64,000 nucleotides of DNA from Sphaerodactylus townsendi (taxonomy: Eukaryota): assembly GCF_021028975.2 (NCBI RefSeq), contig NC_059430.1, forward strand, positions 101,308,001-101,372,000, in the 5' to 3' direction. This document shows, piece after piece, positions 38,003 to 49,890 of this stretch (position 1 is its first letter; the number at the start of each line of letters is the position of its first letter). A program made the position numbers and the translations under genes. The notes under the pieces are model-generated. The model saw only the letters and a program-made list of their open reading frames with translations. It had not been told where the DNA came from and made no database searches.

Positions 38003-38545
38003 CCATAGGAAGCTCAGGGAAATTGGCGGTTGATCCTCATCAGCTTTGTAAGGGTATGGCAAGACTGAAGCACTGGCTTCTTCTGCATGGTCAGTCCAAC
38101 TCATGCAAGCAGTCACCTGGAGTGGCAACATGTACAGGAACAATCAGTGACTCAGGACTCAAGGCAACACCACAAGGGATGTAGAAAATAAAGGCTTGGA
38201 AAGTGCTGTATTTGGGATGGCAGAATATCTTGAGGAAAGCCATAAGGTCCTGCAAGAGCACTCCAAACACACACAAATTGCTAGGCACGCTCTGCTGAGT
38301 TAGCCACATTGCTATTTGGTGGCTGGCTTATCAGCTGCAGCTCATTTTAAGTTTCTGTCTTTGAAACAGACCCCAAATCATCAACGCAGGGTGAGATTAA
38401 AGGGAATCATAACACCTTCCTCTGAGCTATCAGATTTATCAGGAAACTAGAATGGGAAAAGATGCCAGCAGAAGCCCTATTCAGCTGCCCTCAGGACTGC
38501 CACCCCATCCGAACATCTTTTCCTCTTGCCCTGCCAGGAACTGAC

Positions 38546-38637
38546 CAGTTCTGCATACTTCTTGCAGAGGGCTGCCAACCTCTCCTCTGATGTGCTGAGG
38601 GTGTTGAGGGTCTGCATCAGCAATGTGATCTCCTTTC
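38546..38637 (-). CDS. TXLNA: TXLNA coding exon 3
   Basis: GKEITLLMQTLNTLSTSEERLAALCKKYAEL; AG/GTCAGT flanks. Confidence 0.95.
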
Positions 38638-38993
38638 CTGGAACACAAAGGGCAAAGCAGACACACATTCAGGGCACAATGGAATGAGGTGACAACCAAA
38701 GGAGAAAAGGAACTGAAATACGTATAGACCAACAGGAAAGATTTTCAAGGTCAGGGAGAGGTTCATGTGATACAGGAAAATATCATTCAGGGTGCAAAAA
38801 CCCCACACACTGTCTCTGGTTATCCATCAAGTTTTGGGTGGGGGGGAAGGTAAAATAATAGAAGCACCAGTAATTTGTAGTAGAATTTTTAAATCTGCTT
38901 ATATGTTTTTCACCATGTGGGAATACATCATATATCTAATTCAGAATATGACCAGGGGAGTGGATCTTCCTACAAACCTGGGAAAAGCCCTAA

Positions 38994-39430
38994 GTTTGCA
39001 GGAAGCCCAGAAAAGGGGAAAAATGTGTTGGGGGGTTTAAATTAAACAGTTTGCCGGAAGCCCAGAAAAGGGGAAAAATGTGTTAAGGGGTTTAAATCAG
39101 TTTGTAGGAAGCCCGGAAAAGGGGAAAAATGTGTTAAGGGGTTTAAATCAAACAGTTTGCCGGAAGCCCAGAAAAGGGGAAAAATGTGTTGGGGGGTTTA
39201 AATCAAACAGTTTGCAGGAAGCCCGGAAAAGGAGGAAAATGTGTTGGGGGGGTTTAAATCAAACAGTTTGCAGGAAGCCCGGAAAAGGGGAAAAATGTGT
39301 TGGGGGGTTTAAATCAAACAGTTTGCAGGAAGCCCGGAAAAGGAGAAAAATGTGTTGGGGGGTTTAAATCAAACAGTTTGCAGGAAGCCCGGAAAAGGGG
39401 AAAAATGTGTTGGGGGGTTTAAATCAAACA
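38994..39430. repeat. 55-bp minisatellite, 8 copies
   Basis: Unit gtttgcaggaagcccggaaaaggggaaaaatgtgttggggggtttaaatcaaaca starts at 38994, 39049, 39100, 39155, 39210, 39266, 39321, 39376. Confidence 0.95.
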
Positions 39431-40141
39431 AAAACAATACAAAACTTCAAACAGTTCAACTTAAACATAAAGGAGATCTCAGCCACCCTTTTGGAGCTGC
39501 CTGGGAACCTCACTAAACATTGCTTAAGAGTGTGGTGGTGGAAAACAACAGTCACAGTGGTGGGAAGTTGCAGAGGTGACAGGAAAGCTGTGGGGGAGAA
39601 AGTGGTGCTGATGGGAGGGCAGGGGGCAAAAAAGAGGGAGGAAAGAAGACAGAGATGGGTGGGTAGGGGGGTGAACAACTGAGGGAGAAGTTGGGGAATT
39701 TCTCCTGCCCCATGAGTTCCTTGCAGGTCCCCTGCTTGTCCTACCTTACAAAACAACTATAGTAGCTGCCCTCAGTGACAGCACAACAAATATTAACCAG
39801 CAGGATTGACCACTGAAAAGCCAAAAGAACAACCATAGATTTGGGCAGAAGCATGTACTGAATATCACACAGGTTCTTTGTTGATTCTGAAACTTAGTTG
39901 TCTTAAACACTCAGCAACCTCAGCCCAAACCTCCATGATACCAAAAAAACAGAGCTAACAGCAATCAGAAAAGCCTGCGCGTGCGTTTTTGATGCCACAG
40001 AAAGAGTAGCAGAATGAGCAGAAAGATCAGAACCACACAAAAAAATAAATGACAGAGAGTGATGACTTATTTTTGTGGAACAGGATTGCCTTCAATCAAG
40101 AAAAAAACACATTGACAGTCAGGAAGGAATCAACCACCTAC

Positions 40142-40468
40142 CAAGCCCTTTGGCCTTCTTTTTTTCCTGGGCTCGCTTCTGATCACGCTCTGTACCCTCA
40201 TCATTGGTTCCCCTAGGGCTCTCTTTTTCCCCATTTATCTCAGGACAACTCTGTTCCTGCTCGCCATTCCGTGGGGACTCACTCCGGCCCTTTTCAGCCT
40301 CATCCAGCTCTACAGGTTCATTCTGCCCACTTTCATCTCCTGGACCTTCTTGGTTAGTATCCATACAGTAAGTGTTCAGGATATCCTCCAGCTGTCTGCT
40401 CAGTTCTTCAGAGACATCACAGGTGGCAGACTGGTGGGGCTGGGATGCCGCTTCCTCTGTCATAGATG
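40142..40468 (-). CDS. TXLNA: TXLNA coding exon 2
   Basis: DVSEELSRQLEDILNTYC...QEKKKAKGLG; phase 1 to 1. Confidence 0.93.
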
Positions 40469-41084
40469 CTGTAGGAATTACAGAGACACAATGTTACACT
40501 TGGACCCCTCCTTATTTATTTCAAACCTCTTTCTCAATAAGACTCGAGGTGGATTACACTAGCTGCGTTTCCACTCCTTTAACATGAAAGTATCTTCAAA
40601 ACAAACAAACTGAGAGTTCTAAGCAAGCGGAGCCACACGTTAGAAAAGGTAGTAAATCTCCTTCACCCACCAGCCTCCCAACTATTGAACTTATTGGTTT
40701 TACAGATGGTATGATGTTAAACTGTGTTGCTGTTTAATGCTGTAAATTATCTCAAGTCTATAGCAGTGCAGGCTAAACAAAATTAGTCAGAGTTAACTGT
40801 GTCTACCAAGTCCTCAAATTTTCATGTCTTGAGAGGTGTTTGTACAAGGAGAGTGAGGAGTTGGGGAGAAGAATAATGTGTATACATTAGTGGCAGAACA
40901 AAGAAGGAAAAACTCTCTACCTCTAGAAAAATGGACACCATGAAAACCAGAAAGGGGTGAAATGCACAAACAGCCCCTTGTTAGTGGGAGAAATAAGCTG
41001 CTCTAAGCTTACATCAGAGAGCGAGATGTAATTTCAAACAAATTTAATTACTGCCAGGGCAACATGGCCTGTAACAACACAAAC

Positions 41085-41304
41085 CCTCTTTCTTGCTTTG
41101 TTCTTCGCTTGCTGGAGTTTGACCGCTTCCATCAATCAAAGGCTTTGAGTTGTACGGCTCAGGAGGGTGTGTACATTTACTGCTTCCTGAAGACATTATA
41201 AGAGACTCAGCTAAGTCACTAGCATCTGGCCCCAGACAACAGTTTATTTTAGAAGGACTGGCAGGTAGTAGGACAGCTTTGTTTTCCCCATCTTGGTTCT
41301 TCAT
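41085..41304 (-). CDS. TXLNA: TXLNA coding exon 1 (start codon)
   Basis: Starts MKNQD as in human TXLNA; acceptor at 41339-41340; phase-1 donor G/GTTTGT (an alternative in-phase donor exists at 41051). Confidence 0.85.
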
Positions 41305-41859
41305 TGTATTACTCTTCCAAAGCCACTTTCAACAGTTCCTAGAAAAAGGAAAATACAAATTATTAATTTGCTTTAAGAAAGGTTGACTATTTTGGTGCCA
41401 ATCATTCATCATATGGTATGGAAATAAATTTTATTTTTGTAGTTTATTTATTCACTTAATAATATATATCCCACTTTTCTCCTCAATGAGGACCCAAAGC
41501 AGCGTACATCTTTCTCCTCTCCTCTTCTCCATTTCATACTCATAAGAACCTTGTGAAATAGCTTAAGCTGAGAGAACATGACGGTTCCAAGGACGCCCAA
41601 CAAGTTTCCCTAGCAGACTGGGGATTCAAACCTGAAGTATTGCAGATCCTAGCCTGACACTTTAACCCCCACACTGGCTCTCAAAAAAGATGACAGATAG
41701 CTGGTTCCTATGTTTACACCAGCTTTTATTGCTACTGTTTTACTTGTGGCAGCTCTAACATTTGTTTGTTTTCTGCTTAATGGTGAGTTGTGCCCGCCTA
41801 AGACTGGGAACAATACTTCCTGCTCTGGGTATACAGGAAACCAAGCAAAGCTGAAGGAT

Positions 41860-44413
41860 TCCATACTATAAAATCAGGGCACCCCACTGATTTTAAGATT
41901 TCCCAGTCCCCATTACCCTTCCACTTGTGTCAAAGACAGAGGTCACATTCCCCCCATACAGTGCATGCCAAAGACCACAGAGGCCAAATTCCCGCTGAAA
42001 ATTTAATCTAGATACAACCAAGTTTCAAAAGAATCGGCACTTTTTCATCCAGGTTCCAACATCTTCACTGCAGCATGTTTCTAGTGAAGACATCTAGACC
42101 TGCCCCTTGGGGGTTGCCTGCTGTCAGGGGTGCAATTGTTAAGCTAGCAGCACCAAAATTCCAGAGTATCTTTAGGAGACCCTCCTGATGATCCCACCCA
42201 GGCTTGTTGAAGTTTGGTTCATGGGGGCCAAAGTTCTGGACTCTCAGTGTAGCCCCCATCTCCTATTAGCTCCCATTGGAAACAATGGGGGCACCCCCTT
42301 TGGGAGTCCATGGCTTTGGACCCCCAGACCAAACTTCACAAAACCTGGGTGGTATCAGGAGGGGACTCTGCTAATGATACCACCCAAGTTTGGTGAAGTT
42401 TGGTTCATGGGGGCCAAAGTTATGGACCATCAAATGTGTAGCCCCCATCTCCTGTTAAGAACATAAGAACATAAGAACATAAGAACAAGCCAGCTGGATC
42501 AGACCAGAGTCCATCTAGTCCAGCTCTCTGCTACTCGCAGTGGCCCACCAGGTGCCTTTGGGAGTTCACATGTAGGATGTGAAAGCAATGGCCTTCTGTG
42601 GCTGTTGCTCCCGAGCACCTGGACTGTTAAGGCATTTGCAATCTCAGATCAAAGAGGATCAAGATTGGTAGCCATAAATCGACTTCTCCTCCATAAATCT
42701 GTCCAAGCCCCTTTTAAAGCTATCCAGGTTAGTGGCCATCACCACCTCCTGTGGCAGCATATTCCAAACACCAATCACACGTTGCGTGAAGAAGTGTTTC
42801 CTTTTATTAGTTCTAATTCTTCCCCCCAGCATTTTCAATGAATGCCCCCTGGTTCTAGTATTGTGAGAAAGAGAGAAAAATTTCTCTCTGTCAACATTTT
42901 CTACCCCATGCATAATTTTATAGACTTCAATCATATCCCCTCAGACGTCTCCTCTCCAAACTAAAGAGTCCCAAACGCTGCAGCCTTTCCTCATTAGGAA
43001 GGTGCTGCAGTCCCTCAATCATCCTCGTCGCTCTTCTCTGCACTTTTTCTATCTCTTCAATCTCCTTTTTGAGATGCGTCGACCAGAACTGAACACAATT
43101 ACTCCAAGTGCGGTCGCACCACAGCTTTATATAAGGGCATGACAATCTTTGCAGTTTTATTCTCAATTCCTTTCCTAATTATCCCCAGCATAGAGTTTGC
43201 CTTTTTCACAGCTGCCATACATTGAGTTGACATTCCCATGGAACTATCAACTAAGGCGCCCAAATCCCTTTCCTGGTCTGTGACTGATAGCACTGACCCC
43301 TGTAGCATGTATGTGAAGTTTGGATTTTTTGCCCCTATGTGCATCACTTTGCATTTTGCTACATTGAACTGCATTTGCCATTTCTTAGCCCACTCACCTA
43401 ATTTATCAAGGTCCGCTTGGAGCTCCTCGCAATCCTTTGTGGTTCTCACCACCCTACATAATTTGGTATCATCTGCAAACTTGGCCACCACGCTACCCAC
43501 CCCTACTTCCAGGTCATTTATGACTAGGTTAAAGAGCACTGGTCCCAATCCAGATCCTTGGGGGACACCACTCCCTACATCTCTCCATTGTGAGAATTTC
43601 CCATTTACACCCACTCTTTGCTTCCTGTTTCTCAACCAGTTTTTAATCCATAGGAGGACTTCCCCTCTTATTCCTTCATTGCTGAGTTTTCTCAATAGTC
43701 TCTGGTGAGGAACTTTGTCAAAAGCCTTTTGGAAATCCAAGTAGACAATGTCCACTGGTTCCCCCTTATCCACATGCCTGTTTACATCCTCAAAGAACTC
43801 TAGTAAGTTTGTAAGACAGGATTTGCCTCTGCAAAAGCCATGCTGACTCTTTCTCAGCAGGTCTTGCTTTTCTACATGTTTTATAATTTTATCTTTAATG
43901 ACAGATTCTACTAATTTACCAGGAACAGATGTCAAACTGACTGGCCTGTAATTTCCCGGGTCCCCCCTAGATCCTTTCTTAAAGATTGGTGTGACATTGG
44001 CCATCTTCCAGTCTTCAGGGATGGAGCCTGATTTCAAGGATAAGTTGCATATTAAAGTGAGAAGATCAGCAATTTCATGCTTGAGCTCTTTAAGAACTCT
44101 TGGGTGAATGCAATCTGGGCCAGGGGATTTGGTAACATTTAGTTTATCAATGGCTGCCAGAACTTCTTCCTTGTCTACCACTATCTTTGTTAGTTCCTCG
44201 GATTCGCCTCCTAAGAAGCTTGGTTCAGGTTAGCTCGCATTGGAGTGTTTTTTCCACTCCAGGTCCAGGAAAATCCTGTGATAAGGGGGGAAAGGAGGAC
44301 CAGAAACGGGACTGATCTGTGTTCTGTGGTTCGGCAGTGGGGAGATTGCAAGGAAACCTGGATATTTCAGATGACTATCCAAGGATTAATTGCTAGGGGG
44401 AAATTGCCCTTAG
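41860..44413 (+). mobile_element. Probable non-autonomous Helitron-like host element interrupted by CR1
   Basis: TCCATACTATAAAA start, internal inverted/tandem modules at 42118-42457 that resume at 44229, degenerate 3' end. Confidence 0.4.
42458..44228 (-). mobile_element. 5'-truncated young CR1 LINE (ORF2 reverse transcriptase)
   Basis: 360-aa ORF with NYRPVSLTS, YLDFQKAFDKVPH, GVPQGS and FADD; two frameshifts toward the C-terminus; (TTCTTATG)n tail; GTTA duplication at both ends. Confidence 0.95.
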
Positions 44414-44949
44414 TCTACATATAGTACATAATGAGTCACATTCCTTTTGTTGGATTTGTTGGGCCAGAGCCCTTCAGGGGAGGGGTGGTATAGAAAATCG
44501 ATTATAAATAAATAAATTTTTAAAAGGAAAAAAATACTCCTCCTTAATATCAGGATCAATATCAGGATTTATTACATTACCTCAAAAGCTGCAGCAAATG
44601 GTACAATTCCAGCATAATAAATCACAAATAAAACCCATGCATACTTAAATCATAAAGTTCGCATAGTTGAAAATACCACATACAGTTTCATAAGATCAGT
44701 TCAAGCCCCGGTTAATAACATACGACAGATTTAACAAATCAAAGATTATCAAATTCGTATCAACCCTTGTTATATCCTCCTGCTGTTTTAGTGCACTCCT
44801 GTTCTAACTCCTGCCATTCACCCCACTCAACGACAAGTCATCTCCTGTTACTTACCTCCCTTTCACCCCCAACCACCTCAGTGCACTAAATAATTCACTG
44901 GCTCCCCCAACCCCACGACTCTCCGCCCACCAAAGCCTCAGGTTTTCCA

Positions 44950-45600
44950 CTTCAGCCTCAGAGGCCCTGTACCCTCCTCAGCCCCCCGAAACTCACGCCC
45001 AAGTACATTCAAGACCCTCCGGCTTTTCCTTCCACTCAGTCACAAGGGCCATTATTACCTTTGTGTACCCCCTTCCCTCGGATCCTCCGCCTCCTCACCC
45101 CCCTCAGATACGTCACTCACACAAAAATGACGTCGCGGCCAGGCGTTATGACGCGTCCCCAACCGTCGTCCAATCAGGGTGAAGAGGAATTCGATCGCAT
45201 CAAAGTTCTCCGCCGGCTTCCCTGGGCCCTCTCCTCCTCAGCTGCCGACCCCGGCTAGTATCGGATCCCCAAAAAACTCAGCGTCGTTAACTGGAAGCGG
45301 CTCTGCCCAAGGCGTGGGATTGCGCATGCGTGACCAACAGTTCCCAGCCAATCTCTTGGAGAGCAGTAGCGAGGCATGCTGGGAAACGCCGGTGGAAAAA
45401 GCGGGACTCGAGGCGGGAAGCACGGATGGCCTCTGCTACCCGGCATACTTCGCGTCACGGAAGAAGCTCAACATAGCGCGGTGGCGTGAAAGACTACAAC
45501 TCCCAGCATTCTACAGGTCACGCTTGTCCCATAGGGGTTCGGTGACTGAATAAAATGGCAAGCTAAGGCAAGCAAACAGACAAAGACTACGCGAAGATCG
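44950..45600 (-). promoter_or_regulatory. TXLNA: CpG-island promoter and non-coding first exon of TXLNA
   Basis: CpG-rich; CRE-like TGACGTCG at 45128, CCAAT at 45170, NRF1-like TGCGCATGCG at 45321, ETS CGGAAG near 45458, ZNF143/SBS-type GACTACAACTCCCAGCAT at 45492; candidate donors at 45058 and 45120. Confidence 0.75.
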
Positions 45601-46169
45601 CCAATTATTTCTCCTCACGGTTCATATTGAAGAGGCCCTAGCACCGGGGCATGCCTGTGACCAAGACAATCCCAGAGTTCTTCAATCTCATCCAATTTCC
45701 TAAATATACCACCAGCGGCTTCCAAAAATATATTTGTGGGTCAATATTATTTCTAGTTAATAAGTCGCATCCTGTCAAAAAGTCACAGAGAACCACACAC
45801 CTAAGCCTTCAAAGCACACAGCTTTAGCACACAGCTTTAGTGATGATGTACTCTACTTGATGAGACTGAAATAGTGCCAGCCAAAATTACAGAGCAATGG
45901 AAGGGTCAATGCTCCCCTCTCGTTTCTTGTACCTATCATTCAAGGGCTTTCTGACGGAAGAAGTCTTGATACAACTGCAAGTAACCTAATGCTGCATTTT
46001 TTTTTCTAAAGACCTGGAAAAAATCTAGGGAAGTTGGAAAAAATCAAGGGAAGGTGATCAGATAGAGCTTGATAAAGAAAGGTTCCAGACACACAGCTTT
46101 TAAAATATATGGACGATATTTGAAGTTCTTGTGTTCACTATTTGAGTGTGAACTATACTTCTTCACTAT

Positions 46170-47280
46170 CTTTCTTTCTTTCTTGGGTTTATAAACCACC
46201 CTCCCCCGAAGGGCTCAGGGCGGTGAACAGTACACAATAGAGCACAATAATAAGTTAAAATTCAGTAATATAAATTAAATACGGCTCAATAAAAATAAAC
46301 CCGGCCCCATTAAAATACAATACAATAGTGTAATGTTAAAACAAGATGGCACCAAGTTCCGTTCTCCCAGACCCCAAAGGGGGACGGGCGGTAGAGTCCG
46401 CTTGATGTTATGAGATCATAGGGGGAGGGGCCCCAATCAACGGCTAGACTCTCCAAAGGCCCGGTGGAACAGTTCTGTCTTGCAGGCCCTACGGAATTCA
46501 ACGAGATCCCGCAGGGCCCGAACAGCTGGCGGAAGAGCGTTCCACCAGGCAGGGGCTAGAGCAGTAAAGGCTCTGGCCCGGGTGGAGGCCAGCCGTATCA
46601 TTGAGGGGCCAGGGATCACCAGTAGATTGGCCTCTGCCGAACGCAGAAGCCGATTTGGGACGTATGGGGTAAGACGGTCCCGCAGGTACGTAGGTCCCAA
46701 GCCACGTAAGGCCTTAAAGGTTAACACCAACACCTTGAAAATGATTGGTAGTCAATCGGTAACCACTGCAAGCGGCGAAGCACAGGCGTGATGTGTTCTC
46801 TCATGGCACCTCCCGTGAGCATACATGCCGCTGCATTCTGGACCATTTTCAATCTCCGAATCAGACGCAAGGTCCCAAGCCTGCGTAGAGCGAGTTGCAA
46901 TAGTCTAGCCTGCGTAGAGCGAGTTGCAATAGTCTAGCCTGCGTAGAGCAAGTTGCAATAGTCTAGCCTGGAGGTGACCACTGCATGGACCACAGTGGCC
47001 AAGTCAGCTTGGGAGAGGAAGGGGGCCAGCCGCCGGGCCTGACGAAGATGGTAAAATGCAACCCGGGTTATATGGGCCACCTGGGTCTCCATCGAAAGAG
47101 ACGAATCCAGGTGGACCCCCAGGTCGCGAACAGAGGGGGCTGGTGCCAATATAGCCCCCTCCCACACCGGCGGCTGAAAATTCCCCACCCCACCCTCACG
47201 CCTCAGCCAGAGGATCTCCGTCTTCGATTGATTCAGTTTCAGCCTGCTCTGTTTCAACTAACCAGCTACGGCCTCCCTTG
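46170..47280 (-). mobile_element. L2-clade LINE 3' fragment
   Basis: LKLNQSKTE..VRDLGVHLDSSLSM..SRLDYCN..; FKALRGLGPTYL..APAWWNALP..KTELF; (AAAG)n tail. Confidence 0.9.
46878..46970. repeat. 29-bp tandem triplication inside L2
   Basis: agcctgcgtagagcgagttgcaatagtct three times, plus agcctg. Confidence 0.95.
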
Positions 47281-47614
47281 AGTAAGGGAGACTCACTGTT
47301 CATCATATAAATTTGACAAAATTAAAAAGATAGCTGGCAGGTCAGTTACCTTTAAAGAGAAACTGCTGTTCAGATAACCATTTTACCATGGCTTATTGTT
47401 CATGTGTGGCTCACCCCACCATCTGGAGCTCAGATTTATTCCACATAAGATTTTTTTCAAACTTGCTTAACTTGCAATATTCCCCTGTAAATATTTACTG
47501 CTCTTTTCAATACAGTAATATTTCTGCTTAAAAGTTGACAAATCAGGGTATATTGGTGACACCTAATCAATGCTGATATTGTAGTATTTGAATACTACAT
47601 TTTGCCTACCCAAC

Positions 47615-47860
47615 CCTAGGGTGGAATTATAAAAAATCACTATCAGATGTTGAGCGTCTGGCCAACAACCCGACCCCTTAAAACCCCAATCACTATGGAA
47701 ACAACAAAAAGAACTTCAAGTATTTCTGGTAAACCAGGCTGGAGTTCGGAGTCATGTTGCATGGGAAGAGGCTGAAACACTCGCCCAAGACCAGAAATGC
47801 TGGAGAGCACTTATTGCCCAATATGCTACTCAGCATGATGGATTTGATGACAACGAATAT
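47615..47860 (+). mobile_element. Short RTE-clade remnant
   Basis: 3' part translates WEEAETLAQDQKCWRALIAQ (RTE ORF end), followed by a gatga-type tail. Confidence 0.45.
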
Positions 47861-48649
47861 CACGTTTCAGCAATTCCATCCTCAGCTGTGAGCATAGCAG
47901 GGTATTTAAAATTATGGCAAACACATTCAATGTAAATTGGTAAATGATGGATCTAATTCAGTTTATATGCTACTGATGCTAACAGATTTCCAATGTCCAA
48001 CATAGTCCAGGTATTGTGAGTAGTTCATTGGAAGCTCCAGTCTCATTTTTTCATTCATCTGGAAATATGGCAGTTCCACTTAATGGAAAAGGAAACACTT
48101 TATTATGGCTTTAGCTCACCCTTCCTCTTGGGAGCCCATTGCAGCACCCTGTGGGTCTCTATTTTATCCTTGCAACAACTGAAGTATATTAGGTTAAGAG
48201 AGAATGACTGTTCCAAAACTGACTTAAAATGTTTCACAGCAGGCAGGGATGTAAACCCAGGTCTCCACAGGACTGGCCCAGCACTCAAGTTGCTACACTG
48301 GTTATCTCTGGCACACAATAAAATCAACTGTGTGTAGGAACTTTAAGTGGGTTTAAGATGTATTTCTTACATTTGGCTATCTGGAATAGGGAGATATGTG
48401 TCAGCACTGTAGTACGTTCAGAATGTAGAAATAACTTATAATTGCATACAGATGAGAAACCTGAAAGATTCCAGCATGCTTCTGCATAGACCATGTACTC
48501 ATCCACAATCAGCTGAAAGTTTAGGATGCCTAAATCCTATGGAAACTAATGAAGCAAATTAAGACATAGTTCTTTGTTCCATCACTGTCAATAACTAACT
48601 TCAGTTGCATTAGGTCCACGCAGTAAAGTACTAGGCCACTGCTGTAGTT

Positions 48650-49565
48650 AAATTGCTAAGTGTGAACCAATTGAAGCTGATTCCCAACAAGATGGAAGTA
48701 ATGCTGATTGGGAAGGCTGAGGCTTTGGCCACTGTACAACCCCCTTTCAGTGGGGTTCAGCTAGTTAAGAGATGGGGTTATACTGGATCCAGCATTACTG
48801 TTGGAGAAGCAAGTTTATACAACTGAAAAATCTTTTTCTGTTAGCTTTGTATAGTCCAAAAGATGGCATCCTACCTTAATTAGGCCATTCTGACCACCTG
48901 GATTCATACCATGGTAAATTCAAGAATAACTACATGGGTTGGTCCTTGAAGTCACCCCAGGGACTCAAGTTGGTAAAGACTGCTGCAGCTCAAGTTATTA
49001 TCAGGAATTTGGTGAAGTGTATTAACCCCTTCTGCAATCACTCCATTAACTGCCTATGAGTTACTGGGTTCAAGGCACTGCCTGTCACATATGAAGCCCT
49101 TCATAGCCTTAAAACCACAAATTTGCAGGACTGCCTTTTCTCTTATGTATCACCATGACAACGTTGATAATCTGAGCACGGCCCCCTGGGACTGCAAGAT
49201 CAAATGCCCATATATAAGCATTCTTTGTTGCGTCCTCACTGTCATTCCACAAACTACATAAAACAGAATAGTTCAGGAGAAAAATTTTCATTAAGAGGGC
49301 TATAACAAAATGGTTCAGGAAGACACTCTTATAAAGGGAACTGGATTGTGGACGGTATAGTTCATATTACTTGTTTGCTGTACGTATTCTCCAATCCCCA
49401 CTGCATTGTTTTTTATTGATCCAATACCATCTCTGCACAGTTTAATATATGTCTCATACTTTATGTGCTTCAGATTTCTGTAATTCTAGTTCTTTCACAT
49501 TGATTGCATCAACTTACATTGTAATCTGCCTTGAGTCTTGGTGAGAAAGGCAGATAATACGGAAA
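48650..49565 (+). mobile_element. Old decayed L2-clade LINE fragment
   Basis: Remnants of LKL.P.K.EVMLIG and GVILD..L.LEKQV; 3' end gccttgagtc..gagaaaggc. Confidence 0.55.
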
Positions 49566-49629
49566 ACAAACTTGGTGCACCAGGGATGAAAATCAATATA
49601 ATTTACAAAGTTTCAGACAAAGATTACGC

Positions 49630-49890
49630 GAAACCGGGTTTGATTCCCAGCTCTGCCGCCTGAGCTGTGGAGGCTGATCTGGGGAATTCAGGTTAGCCTG
49701 TACACTCCCACACACGCCAGCTGGGTGACCTTGGGCTAGTCACAGCTTCTCGGAGCTCTCTCAGCCCCCACCCACCTCACAGGGTGTTTGTTGTGAGGGG
49801 GGAAGGGCAAGGAGATTGTCAGCCCCTTTGAGTCTCCTGCAGGAGAGAAAGGGGGGGTATAAATCCACACTCTTCTTCTTCTTCTTCTTC
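49630..49890 (+). mobile_element. tRNA-derived SINE (Squam3-like), 5' truncated
   Basis: gggtttgattccc B-box, gggtgaccttgggctagtcac core, (CTT)n tail. Confidence 0.7.

Noticed and set aside
38994-39430. Regular repeat array that could suggest CRISPR
   Set aside because: Head-to-tail tandem units with no unique spacers, no cas genes, and a eukaryotic intron context.
43238-43708. 156-aa plus-strand ORF
   Set aside because: Antisense shadow of the CR1 RT frame.
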